Source of the DNA: Candidatus Poribacteria bacterium
GTDB lineage: Bacteria > Poribacteria > WGA-4E > JAJDTR01
Assembly: GCA_965222225.1 (NCBI GenBank)
Contig: CBDCTK010000002.1
Location: forward strand, 2,176,001-2,240,000
Direction: 5' to 3'
DNA length: 64,000 nt
The notes under the pieces were generated by a model. It did not search any database and was not told where the DNA came from. It saw nothing but the letters and a program-made list of their open reading frames with translations. Shown in pieces: positions 1-8,881 of the stretch. Position 1 is the first letter of the stretch. Every line of letters starts with the position of its first letter. A program made the position numbers and the translations under genes.

Positions 1-4
1 AGCT

Positions 5-595
5 ATGGGAGCTGGGGCGGCTGCCAATATGTATGCCGGAGCGTCAGCGGGACCTTCAGAAGACTATAACGGTGTTGACATCATGAGTTACGCTTTGCCA
101 AATATCTCGGCAGGGTTTGCCGAGATGCCGCCGGACATGGAAGCCTTAATCCCCAATCAATGGAATCTTTACTACGCTATTGAAAACGAGAAACTCCTAA
201 TTTCCATGGCTGCCACGGCACAACCAATTAAGGACGCCTTGGACCGAATGGCTGGCGTCGGCACTTCCGCTGATAGTGGTATGGGATACGGCAAAGTCAT
301 TGATACACTGACATTACAAAACAACTGGATTCTCACAATGTCACCTATCGCGCTGGTGGATGGCGTCCTAGGTGCTACTGTCCAGTCTATGCCTGAGGCC
401 GGTTTATTCAAGATGGCATTCCAGAATAGCCCCAAAGTTCACAGTATCGGGATAGCCGGACAGAATCGTGATGGCGGTGTTCAAGTCAAGATTTTCGTTG
501 CGCTGGCGGATCTTAAAGACCTAATCAACGCGGGAACAACAATGCAACAGATGATGCAGATGCAGGAAATGCAGCAGATGCAACCGATGCAATAA
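5..595 (+). CDS. C-terminal part of a hypothetical protein (probably starts upstream of the window) with a Met/Gln-rich tail
   Basis: ORF open from the window edge; ends MQQMMQMQEMQQMQPMQ, encoded by ATGCAN-type microrepeats. Confidence 0.6.
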   Translation: MGAGAAANMYAGASAGPSEDYNGVDIMSYALPNISAGFAEMPPDMEALIPNQWNLYYAIENEKLLISMAATAQPIKDALDRMAGVGTSADSGMGYGKVIDTLTLQNNWILTMSPIALVDGVLGATVQSMPEAGLFKMAFQNSPKVHSIGIAGQNRDGGVQVKIFVALADLKDLINAGTTMQQMMQMQEMQQMQPMQ

Positions 596-701
596 GACTC
601 ATCACCTCAATTGGGCGAGAGCATGAGTTGATGCCGGTATTTTGGAAACACAGTCCAGATGGGTTAGCCAACCCTTCATCTACAGATTACGAGGTTTTTC
701 A

Positions 702-1139
702 ATGCGTTTATACTCACCAACGAAAGTGGTCGCCCTGATTGGCGTATGTTCCGCTTTAACTTTGACCGCGCCCGTTTTTCCCGCACAGGCTGGAGGAGGC
801 GCACGTGCGTTGAAGGTTGTGCTGTTTACCACCGGTATGGGTTTGAAATTTGGCAGCGTGTTCGTTGAGAAATCGGCTCAAGTTTCATATGACCAGTATT
901 TAACCACTGCGCTCCAAGCGGACATCGCCCGATACCGTACCGATTATACGAGCAAGCGCGACACCGGCGTGGTTATGTCGCGGGTTGGAATAGGGTTGGT
1001 TGGAGTTGCGACACTTATCTCAATTTTTGACCAACTGGACCTGATTTCCCAACGGTCCCAACCTGCCGCGCTGCGGCTCACGCCGGGTTATGATTTCCAA
1101 AACCGTGAAACAACTCTTAGTCTCCAAGGTCAATTTTGA
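702..1139 (+). CDS. Hypothetical exported/membrane protein
   Basis: ATG at 702 after GAGG; N-terminal signal-like segment, two hydrophobic stretches, C-terminal TTLSLQGQF; closely followed by the next gene. Confidence 0.6.
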   Translation: MRLYSPTKVVALIGVCSALTLTAPVFPAQAGGGARALKVVLFTTGMGLKFGSVFVEKSAQVSYDQYLTTALQADIARYRTDYTSKRDTGVVMSRVGIGLVGVATLISIFDQLDLISQRSQPAALRLTPGYDFQNRETTLSLQGQF

Positions 1140-1150
1140 GGTGTATTGTT

Positions 1151-2236
1151 ATGAAAATCGAGAATCTATCACCATTCCTCTTACTCTTTATCGGGCTGTT
1201 TTGTACGAGTTGCACGGGTGATGAAGATTATAGCAATCCGTTGGATCCGGAGAATTTGCGAACAGCCGGCTCACCTACCGGTTTAACGCTGTCGGCCGGC
1301 GATCAGCAAGTGAAGGTTTCTTGGAAAGACATCGCACTTGACGGGATAGTCACGTATCGCATCTACCGACGCTTTACCGGTCACCCAAACCCACAGTTTC
1401 AAAGGATTGGCGAAGTTGATGCGCCGACAACCGAATTTCTCGACACGAATGACATCAAGAACGATCAGTTCGACCTGGAACTCGGTAAACCGTTACTTTA
1501 CGAATATCGAATTTCGTACGTAGACCGGGACGGGTTCGAAACGCCTGATCCGAACGCACCGCCTGGCGACGACGCGGATCCTCGCAAAATCTGGCCCATC
1601 GTCAAAACCACACCGAGCAACCCGCCTCCGGCTCCACATGTCGTTCTCGGAGATCCGACGGATTTGACCGTGAAGCTGTTCTGGCTGGAATACGTACCTC
1701 CCGAGGACTTTGAAATTTTCAGAGTATTTGCGGCGGCTGTAGACGAAAACGGCGATCTCGGGAAGTTGCGCTTGGTCGGCGAAACAACGAAGGACAGACC
1801 GTTCTTTTTCGATGAGGATTTCGACCGGGATGGAATCACTAAAGTATATCATATCCTCGCCGTCGACCGCGTCGGCGTTGAAGCCGTTACAAAGATTCGA
1901 TCGACCTCGCCGGATTTACCCCCCGCGCCGCCACAAGGTTTTCGCGCTGCCATCATCCCGCTCCAGCCACGCGGTAGGTACGATGTATACTTCTCTTGGA
2001 TACCCAATAAAGAGGCGGACCTTGCGGGTTATCAGCTCTACGCGACATCGGCTGATGGCGAGTTGCTTTCGCGCCCACGAGTGGATGCGAAGCACAGTTC
2101 GCACAAATTTTCCGGCGACCAAGAAATATTGGTAGGTCAAAATCTTGTTGCCCGCCAATACTTCATCACCGCATTCGACGATACCCCCAGAGCCGACGGC
2201 AGCTTGGACGAAAGCGCGCTAGTTGCAGCGCCATAA
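1151..2236 (+). CDS. Fibronectin type III domain lipoprotein
   Basis: Lipobox-like FCTSC; FN3-type motifs PTGLTLSAGDQQVKVSW, YRIYRR, YEYRISYVD and EADLAGYQLY. Confidence 0.7.
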   Translation: MKIENLSPFLLLFIGLFCTSCTGDEDYSNPLDPENLRTAGSPTGLTLSAGDQQVKVSWKDIALDGIVTYRIYRRFTGHPNPQFQRIGEVDAPTTEFLDTNDIKNDQFDLELGKPLLYEYRISYVDRDGFETPDPNAPPGDDADPRKIWPIVKTTPSNPPPAPHVVLGDPTDLTVKLFWLEYVPPEDFEIFRVFAAAVDENGDLGKLRLVGETTKDRPFFFDEDFDRDGITKVYHILAVDRVGVEAVTKIRSTSPDLPPAPPQGFRAAIIPLQPRGRYDVYFSWIPNKEADLAGYQLYATSADGELLSRPRVDAKHSSHKFSGDQEILVGQNLVARQYFITAFDDTPRADGSLDESALVAAP

Positions 2237-2303
2237 TGATTCGTATGCTGTTTCTTCATCCGAATACTCAAATCAGACCCATTCAACCGATAAGGACAAC
2301 CTT

Positions 2304-3266
2304 ATGCGATTTCTTCGGTCAATACATCGTTGGGCTTTATTAACCTGTTGTATGTCACTGATTCTGGTCACGGAGTCCGGATTTGGGCAACTTCTCCCCG
2401 CACCCCACCTTGCGCTAATGCAGACCGCCGACACCTTGGGAAAAGGCGGATATACAACCGCCTTAGGACACTTTCAGTTTCAGAAGGGGCGAGTCAAAGC
2501 AGAGGACCAAAGTGTTGAAATCGGTAACTTCGAAGAGTTGCACACAGTGGAAATCGATGTACAGACTTTCTTGATGCCGATTCGATTCACCTACGGGATT
2601 GGTGAGAACCTAGATTTCATCCTGGGAGGGACATTCTCGACGGGCGGCGTTCGCAAGATTGTTTACGATTTCTATGAAACGGGGGATCCGGAACAAGATC
2701 GGCGAGTATACGATCAAGCGCTGTTCGACACCGTGGTAGGGTTAAAATACGGCATAAAACCCGACGATGGGGATGGGTTGCCCAAAATCTCCATCGGCGG
2801 AGACGTACAGGTAGGCTATTCCGCCGACAACAGACTCAGTGGCACAGGCGATTTTCTCGATTCGACACCTGCCGACGGTTTACCGTTTGTTGGAATCAAC
2901 ACCTATATTCTGGGGGCACTTCGCTTTGGCGAGTACGCTCGAGGGCACGCCGGCGTGGGGATGTATCTCTCCTCGAAATCCTTCAAAGCCACGGATTCAT
3001 TTCTATTGAATTGGCAGCTTGGAGGCGAGGTGTTGCTTACTCATGACCTGTGGTTGGTCGGCGACTTCACACGAGAATTGCCCCTCGCCGGAATGACAAT
3101 CAGCAATCTACTCAGCGTCGGACTGCGATACGAAATCTCCAATCGCTCCTCGTTTCATTTCGGATATGTCAGTGAACCGGGCTTTCAATTCTCTTTGGTG
3201 GTGGGCGGAGAAAAGGGCAGCATGATTGCGCCGACCGCTCCAAAAGGGGATGAATTGCAGTTTTAG
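2304..3266 (+). CDS. Putative outer-membrane beta-barrel protein
   Basis: ATG 2304 after AAGGA; signal peptide; TADTLGKG start and alternating amphipathic strands (RFTYGIGENLDF, VGLRYEI). Confidence 0.55.
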   Translation: MRFLRSIHRWALLTCCMSLILVTESGFGQLLPAPHLALMQTADTLGKGGYTTALGHFQFQKGRVKAEDQSVEIGNFEELHTVEIDVQTFLMPIRFTYGIGENLDFILGGTFSTGGVRKIVYDFYETGDPEQDRRVYDQALFDTVVGLKYGIKPDDGDGLPKISIGGDVQVGYSADNRLSGTGDFLDSTPADGLPFVGINTYILGALRFGEYARGHAGVGMYLSSKSFKATDSFLLNWQLGGEVLLTHDLWLVGDFTRELPLAGMTISNLLSVGLRYEISNRSSFHFGYVSEPGFQFSLVVGGEKGSMIAPTAPKGDELQF

Positions 3267-3279
3267 CTCAAGAAAGATG

Positions 3280-3332
3280 GGGATCAAGGGAACGGATAGT
3301 GAGTGCGATAAAGATCTTTCGTTATTCCCTAC
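3280..3332. repeat. GATCAA..GCGATAG motif, head-to-head pair ending at a CCCTAC REP foot
   Basis: GGGATCAAGGGAACGGATAGTGAGTGCGATAAAGATC followed by TTTCGTTATTCCCTAC (partial unit on the minus strand). Confidence 0.85.
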
Positions 3333-3348
3333 GTCCTGGTCTCTTTCT

Positions 3349-3412
3349 ATGAATCGGGCACGTAGGGAACGCAGATCTGCGTTCCTACAACCTGGATTGC
3401 GTAGTTCCTAAT
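3349..3412. repeat. ~65-bp GTAG-REP-containing element with an AGGA(C/A)(T/C)TACGCA-type end
   Basis: GTAGGGAACGCAGATCTGCGTTCCTAC hairpin; aligns end to end with the reverse complement of 21714-21778. Confidence 0.85.
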
Positions 3413-3497
3413 CATGTTTTGCTTGAAACGTGCTTAATGTGCTTGTTTATTGACAAGATACTACTGACGACCAAGCGTCGCCACGATGAAAGGAAGC

Positions 3498-3947
3498 ATG
3501 AGAGCTGTTGTTCAACGTGTAACATCTGCCAGCGTAACCGTGGATGGCAATCTGATTTCCGAGATTGGCAGAGGGCTACTCATCTTTCACGGGGTTGCCC
3601 AAGAGGATACTTCCACCGATCTCGATTATCTCACGAACAAGGTTACGAATCTCCGCGTTTTTGAAGATGATGAAGGACGGATGAATCGTTCCCTTTTGGA
3701 GATTGGCGGCGAGGCGCTTGTGGTCTCCCAGTTCACGCTTTACGGTGATTGTCGTAAGGGGCGAAGGCCAAGCTTTATTGATGCAGCTCCGCCTGATAAG
3801 GCGGAGGCGCTTTATCAACAGTTCATTCAAGCGCTTTCGAATACAGGGATTTCTGTCAAGGCGGGAATCTTCCAAGCCATGATGGATGTGAGATTGGTTA
3901 ACGATGGGCCGGTTACCATCTTACTTGATAGCAGTAAGCTGTTTTGA
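3498..3947 (+). CDS. dtd: D-aminoacyl-tRNA deacylase
   Basis: MRAVVQRV start, [14 protein letters not shown] and NDGPVT motifs. Confidence 0.95.
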   Translation: MRAVVQRVTSASVTVDGNLISEIGRGLLIFHGVAQEDTSTDLDYLTNKVTNLRVFEDDEGRMNRSLLEIGGEALVVSQFTLYGDCRKGRRPSFIDAAPPDKAEALYQQFIQALSNTGISVKAGIFQAMMDVRLVNDGPVTILLDSSKLF

Positions 3948-3974
3948 TTGTGCAATCGCTAACGGAGAAGACTG

Positions 3975-4769
3975 TTGACATCACACCCCAGCTATCAAGT
4001 GGACATGACAGAGGAACAAACTTCCTTCTTCCGTGAAAATGGGTTCCTGAGCATTCAGCGTATCACAACAGATGCCGAAGTAGAGTGGTTGAAAAAGGTT
4101 TACAATCAACTCTTTGATCTGCGCACCGGCGAAAAAGAGGGCAAATATTTCGATCTCGCAGGGCCCCGCGCGCGCACGGGACGCGATGTACTGCCGCAGG
4201 TACTCGGTCCGGAAGCGACATTTCCCGAACTCAGGGAAACGACCTATTTCCGGAACGCACACCACCTCGCCGCCAAACTGCTTGGTGCTGAAGCGGAGAG
4301 CGTGACCGGCGGCGGACACATGATTTTGAAACCCGCTCAATACGGCGGAGAAACACCGTGGCATCAGGATGAAGCTTACTGGAACCCGGAGGTCATCCCT
4401 CACAGTCTTAGCGTTTGGTTGCCGTTGGATGCAGCCACGGTGGACAGCGGTTGCATGCAGTTCATTCCCGCCTCCCACAAAACCGATGTCCGTTGGCACC
4501 GCCACATCGACAACGACCCGCTGGTGCACGGATTGATTACCGACGATGTCGACCCATCTCAGGCAATTGCCTGCCCCATTCCAGCGGGCGGAGCGACCTT
4601 CCATCATTGCCGAACCCTCCATTACGCGGGACCAAACCTGACAGACGCCCCGCGTCGCGCCTACATCCTTGTATTTGGCACCCCTCCGAAGAGACGCGAT
4701 AAACCGGCTCACCGACCTTGGCAGACCGAGGAGCGCAAAGCACTGGCTAATGCTCGGCTTTCTACTTAA
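3975..4769 (+). CDS. Phytanoyl-CoA dioxygenase (PhyH) family Fe(II)/2OG oxygenase
   Basis: TPWHQD, SGCMQFIPASH, HCRTLHYAGPN..RR motifs. Confidence 0.9.
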   Translation: MTSHPSYQVDMTEEQTSFFRENGFLSIQRITTDAEVEWLKKVYNQLFDLRTGEKEGKYFDLAGPRARTGRDVLPQVLGPEATFPELRETTYFRNAHHLAAKLLGAEAESVTGGGHMILKPAQYGGETPWHQDEAYWNPEVIPHSLSVWLPLDAATVDSGCMQFIPASHKTDVRWHRHIDNDPLVHGLITDDVDPSQAIACPIPAGGATFHHCRTLHYAGPNLTDAPRRAYILVFGTPPKRRDKPAHRPWQTEERKALANARLST

Positions 4770-4842
4770 CCCGACAGTAATCGCATCTAATTTCCCTCTA
4801 CCTCGCTATAGACTGGATGCGCAATGAAAAGAGTGTCTTGGA

Positions 4843-4907
4843 GTTGAGTTTCGCGGGATCTCTATCGCGCTCTTTGTTTGGTCGCTTGATTGCTCAACCC
4901 TACCTAC
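4843..4907 (-). repeat. GTAG-REP (GTAGGTxGGGTTGA..GAAACxCAAC) with a GATCAA..GCGATAG unit in its loop
   Basis: Minus strand reads GTAGGTAGGGTTGAGC-AATCAAGCGACCAAACAAAGAGCGCGATAGAGATCCC-GCGAAACTCAAC. Confidence 0.8.
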
Positions 4908-4974
4908 GGCTCCAGATTGTAAAGTCCTGCCTTCCATTCGGCAATCGAAGAAAGAGAAGAACTCGACGATTTGA

Positions 4975-5061
4975 TGAGGGATCAAGCAAATGAATAATGA
5001 GTGCGATAGAACTCCCATAGAAAATCCCTCTCGCTATCCACTGTTTAATCGCTCGTTAATC
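4975..5061. repeat. GATCAA..GCGATAG motif, forward unit plus inverted degenerate unit
   Basis: TGAGGGATCAAGCAAATGAATAATGAGTGCGATAGAACTCCCATAGAAAATCCC then CTCGCTATCCACTGTTTAATCGCTC. Confidence 0.8.
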
Positions 5062-5103
5062 ACTATGTAATCTCCCTTAATCCTATTGAGGTCAATTCTT
5101 CCC

Positions 5104-5132
5104 TTGACACTTGAATAGCAGATGCGTATAAT
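5104..5132 (+). promoter_or_regulatory. Sigma70-type promoter
   Basis: TTGACA-17bp-TATAAT perfect consensus upstream of the LamG gene at 5262. Confidence 0.85.
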
Positions 5133-5261
5133 TGGAGATTACAGTAGGGTTGTACTGGGAAATCTGTCCTAGTGCAGTCACCCATATAAAACAAAAGATA
5201 GATGGATTGAAACCGGGATAAACACCGGTTCAATCAGAGTCTAATATCTGGAGATTAAACC

Positions 5262-6047
5262 ATGAAAAAAATGTTGTATATCCTCTCTTGTGTCGCATTG
5301 GTGGCAATGCCGATTCTGTCAGCATCCGCCAAGGTAACCTTCCATGCGGCTTTGGAAAGCAAGGATCAGGTGGAAGCGACCGGTGGAGAGGTCGTCGGCG
5401 GCGGTAGTTTCGTTCCGGGCGTTGTCGGGAACGGATTCATGAGTGACGTGGAAGAAGCTGTGGTGCACTATCCCTTCGAGGGCCACATCCCGGGTTATCA
5501 AGAACAAGGGACGCTAGAGTGCTGGTTGGTGCTAGGTTGGGACCTCGACAAGTTCTCCGATGTTACCGATAGAGGCGAAGCCTTTATGTTCTGGTCCTAT
5601 AATAAGGCCGGCACAGACGCCATCGGCCTGATGGTCGGCGGCGGTCATAATACGCCGATTGCTTGGTTCCGCGTTAGGGAAGTCGACGAAGAATGGCATA
5701 GTGCGGCTAGCGAGGAATTGGACTGGAAGGAGGGCGAAGCCCACCACATGGTCGGAACATGGGGGCCAAACGCAGTCAATCTGTACCTGGACGGTGAGTG
5801 GGCCGCAGACGACCCTTACGTCGGAGGGCCCAAGAATCCTATCGAAAGATTGTCTATTAACAACAACGAGTCCGATCCGGCTGCATTCGCAACGTTCTCC
5901 GTCGTGGACGAACTGCGGATTCATGACGTTCAGCTGGACGATGATCAGGTTGGTGCGTTGTACCAAGAGAGAATGGCAGAGGCTTCGACATCTGTAGATC
6001 CAACTGCCAAGCTTGCCACGACGTGGGCAGCAGTGAAGAGACAGTAG
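5262..6047 (+). CDS. Secreted LamG-like jellyroll domain protein
   Basis: Signal peptide; GTLECW, HHMVGTW, LYLDG and VDELRI motifs; C-terminal SVDPTAKLATTWAAVK. Confidence 0.85.
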   Translation: MKKMLYILSCVALVAMPILSASAKVTFHAALESKDQVEATGGEVVGGGSFVPGVVGNGFMSDVEEAVVHYPFEGHIPGYQEQGTLECWLVLGWDLDKFSDVTDRGEAFMFWSYNKAGTDAIGLMVGGGHNTPIAWFRVREVDEEWHSAASEELDWKEGEAHHMVGTWGPNAVNLYLDGEWAADDPYVGGPKNPIERLSINNNESDPAAFATFSVVDELRIHDVQLDDDQVGALYQERMAEASTSVDPTAKLATTWAAVKRQ

Positions 6048-6104
6048 ATAGTCTCGAACGGTTGCGGGCTGAAATTGGTTGAATTTCAACACACCCGTAT
6101 GTAT

Positions 6105-6159
6105 TGGCTCATGTGAACATGATGTGCAGGAGTTTTGCACAAACCGTTAACATGAGCCA
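6105..6159. terminator. Long intergenic stem-loop (terminator or processing signal)
   Basis: TGGCTCATGTGAAC...GTTAACATGAGCCA with inner GTGCA/TGCAC stem, downstream of the LamG gene. Confidence 0.5.
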
Positions 6160-6299
6160 TTCATTTATGTACCCGCAGGACTCACCCAGCTAGTCGCCGG
6201 AGCACCGCGGTTCGGCGATTTTCGCGGAAGAAGACAAGCCTAGGCGTTCGATGTATCGGTGTGTTGCAACCTTGCTGGCATGAGTCCTTGTTTTCTAAT

Positions 6300-7067
6300 A
6301 TGAAAAGAATATGCTATATCATCACTGCCGTCCTGCTTTTGATACCTTTTCTGTCTGCCTCCGCCAAAATAAAATTCCATACAACTTTGGAAAGCGAGGC
6401 CTCCGTCAAGAGAGAAGGTGGGAGCGTCATTGGCGGCGGTCAATTTGTGCCGGGAGTCAGAGAAAATGGATTCATCAGTGACGAGAGATCGGCGGTGGTA
6501 CACTTCCCCATGCACGAGATGTTGGGTAAACATTATCTGGATGAAGGCACCTTGGAATGCTGGTTGATTTTGGGTTGGGACATAGATAAGTTCACCAACA
6601 CAACCGGCAAGGACGAAGCCTTTATGTTCTGGGCGTATAACAGAGCCGAAACAGATGCCATCGGTTTAATGATTGGCGGAAGAAGAAACCATCCGGTTGC
6701 ACAATTCCGTGTGCGGGAAGTGCGTAACGAGTGGCACAACGCCGTAAGCGCCAAGCTGAATTGGAAAGAGGATGAAACCCATCACATGGCTGGAACATGG
6801 GGAGCAGCCGGGCTCCATCTGTATCTTGATGGCGAATTGGCTGCCCAAGACCGTTACAAGGGTGGTCCCGCCAATATTATTGAACGGCTGTCAATAAACA
6901 ACAACGAAACTGATCCGGCTACATTTCCCACATACTCGATCGTGGATGAATTGAAGATTCATGACGAACAGTTGCCCGCCCGCGCAATTCCTGATTTGAT
7001 GACCTTATCCGTAGAGCCGGGGGCAAAACTCGCCACAACGTGGGGCGGCATTAAGAAGATCCGGTGA
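6300..7067 (+). CDS. Secreted LamG-like jellyroll domain protein (tandem paralogue)
   Basis: Colinear with 5262-6047 (EAFMFW.YN, ERLSINNNE.DPA.F); ends SVEPGAKLATTWGGIKKIR. Confidence 0.85.
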   Translation: MKRICYIITAVLLLIPFLSASAKIKFHTTLESEASVKREGGSVIGGGQFVPGVRENGFISDERSAVVHFPMHEMLGKHYLDEGTLECWLILGWDIDKFTNTTGKDEAFMFWAYNRAETDAIGLMIGGRRNHPVAQFRVREVRNEWHNAVSAKLNWKEDETHHMAGTWGAAGLHLYLDGELAAQDRYKGGPANIIERLSINNNETDPATFPTYSIVDELKIHDEQLPARAIPDLMTLSVEPGAKLATTWGGIKKIR

Positions 7068-7108
7068 TGCCCGGGTGACATCCTAACTCTTAAGGAATAT
7101 CTTTCGAT

Positions 7109-8350
7109 ATGAACCAACCATTCTTCGAACAGACTCGTGTATTCGACCCGGTGCCGGGGCAGACAAAAAAGAGCAATACCTATCTGGAGGTGACCAACTC
7201 CGGCGCGGTTATCGCCTTCGGCACCAAGTTGCCGACTGCTCGCATGCCCGGCGGCGCCGACCACGGATTTCCCTGGATGCATCTTCGAGCACGCAGCGTC
7301 AACAGCGGTCGTAGTTGGACGCTTGAGGAGATGAACTGGTGGGAGCCCGAGAAAAGAGGTTTGCTAGCCAGTGTTGTTGACCGCAGCACGGGCGAAATTT
7401 TTATGTTTACACAAGGCACTTGGCCCCTTCAGGACGATCACGGTCAGCCGCTCTCCGAGAGCTGGCTCATCGCCAATTATCACAAAGGGCGTCAGATGGG
7501 CGCGTGCTTGACGATGGAACGCAGTGTGGACGATGGCCGCACGTGGACTTCAACCGACATCTCGGAGCAATTTTACACCTATCCGGGGGCTGGATTGGCA
7601 TGGTTTATCGGGACCGGCATCCAACTCCAACGCGGCTCACACCGGGGACGGTTGGTAGTGCCGGGTAGATACTTTACCGGGAATTGGAAGCAGGTAGACC
7701 CTTCCAAGCATAATATCATCTACGATCACCCCGCACTGGGGGATGTCTATGACGATGGTGAAGGAGAAATCGCGCAAGTTCTCGACCATGAAGCGCATAA
7801 CATGGTCATTTACAGTGACGACCACGGTGAAACGTGGCATTGGGGTGGGAGTTCACAGGGCCATTGCGGCGAAGCGTGTATCGTTGAGTTATCCGACGGC
7901 TCGATTTATATGAACAACCGCAACCACGATCCGAGAACGATGGGTTACCGTTCCTGGTGCATTAGCCGGGATGGCGGCGAAAGTTTCACCGAGTTTGGAG
8001 TAGACCGAACGCTTATTGAAAACCGCTGTCATGCGGCACTGATGCGCTATTCATACCCGAACGACAATGAACCGGGTTGCGTCCTTTTTTCCAATCCGGC
8101 TGTGCACGAGGGAAAGAGCCAATTGCACCCCCGGGGAGGACGGGCTGGTCAACGTCGCGACCAGACAGTGCGCGTGAGTTTCGACGATTGCAAGACTTGG
8201 CCGATATCGCGGCGAATTAGTGAAAATGCGTCGTATTCATCACTAGCGGTGTTGGCGGACGGCACCATCTTATGCGCGTACGACGTGTACGTCTGCCGTT
8301 TCAACCTCGCCTGGTTGAAGCTCGATCAGTCCGGCTTGGCGTCAATTTAA
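7109..8350 (+). CDS. BNR/Asp-box sialidase-like (GH33-like) hydrolase
   Basis: Asp boxes SVNSGRSW, SVDDGRTW, SDDHGETW, SRDGGESF, SFDDCKTW; GRLVVP; SYSSL. Confidence 0.8.
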   Translation: MNQPFFEQTRVFDPVPGQTKKSNTYLEVTNSGAVIAFGTKLPTARMPGGADHGFPWMHLRARSVNSGRSWTLEEMNWWEPEKRGLLASVVDRSTGEIFMFTQGTWPLQDDHGQPLSESWLIANYHKGRQMGACLTMERSVDDGRTWTSTDISEQFYTYPGAGLAWFIGTGIQLQRGSHRGRLVVPGRYFTGNWKQVDPSKHNIIYDHPALGDVYDDGEGEIAQVLDHEAHNMVIYSDDHGETWHWGGSSQGHCGEACIVELSDGSIYMNNRNHDPRTMGYRSWCISRDGGESFTEFGVDRTLIENRCHAALMRYSYPNDNEPGCVLFSNPAVHEGKSQLHPRGGRAGQRRDQTVRVSFDDCKTWPISRRISENASYSSLAVLADGTILCAYDVYVCRFNLAWLKLDQSGLASI

Positions 8351-8394
8351 TCGCCGACCTTTATCTGGATTCTTCGGCTTTACAGAATCGCGTA

Positions 8395-8449
8395 AGGGGT
8401 AGATAGCGGTGTTGTGATTTCAAAAACATCTATCTACCCCTCATTTTTT
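8395..8449 (+). terminator. Stem-loop followed by T tract
   Basis: AGGGGTAGATAG...CTATCTACCCCT then CATTTTTT. Confidence 0.55.
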
Positions 8450-8499
8450 GTCTGCACATTCATTACGGGTGATTAAGGTCTGTTGACATTTGACATCAC

Positions 8500-8534
8500 G
8501 TAGGTTGGGTTGAACCGGAACCGTGAAACCCAAC
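8500..8534 (+). repeat. GTAG-REP, short-loop (empty) copy
   Basis: GTAGGTTGGGTTGAACCGGAACCGTGAAACCCAAC. Confidence 0.8.
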
Positions 8535-8582
8535 GCTTAATCCAACTGAAGCGCGAAACGAGAGTTGGCGGAGCAGCAACCT

Positions 8583-8781
8583 GTAGGGGTTGGGTTTCCC
8601 AACCCATTGGGCGAGAGGAAGATCCCTATCGCACGGGATTTAATATCGCAGAATTGGCTATCGCGGTCGTTATTCACTCCCTTGGTCTCCTTATTCAGTC
8701 GCTGGATCGCTATTCACTCAATTGATCGTTCGTTTGAGAGATTTACTATCGCACTCACTATTCGTTCGTTTGATCCCCTAC
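8583..8781. repeat. GTAG-REP doublet interrupted by a tandem array of GATCAA..GCGATAG units
   Basis: GTAGGGGTTGGGTTTCCCAACCC...GGGCGAG then about 4 minus-strand units (8658-8777), closed by CCCCTAC. Confidence 0.8.
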
Positions 8782-8881
8782 GATTGGGTATTTATCGACG
8801 AATTGCGGACACAACTCGCATAAATGTCAACATGCCCTAGTTTTCGCCCGCTTAGAAAAGGAGCCGCGTATTACGGTTGAT

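Noticed and set aside
8658-8781. CRISPR array interpretation of the tandem GATCAA units (also 26693-26891 and 49091-49190)
   Set aside because: Units are degenerate, abut each other without 30-40 nt unique spacers, occur in both orientations, and no cas genes are present.
8510-8840. Short ORFs across repeat clusters (8510-8725, 8565-8840; likewise 14294-14512, 19036-19350, 49115-49327)
   Set aside because: They are translations of the intergenic repeats, in inconsistent frames and without RBS support.
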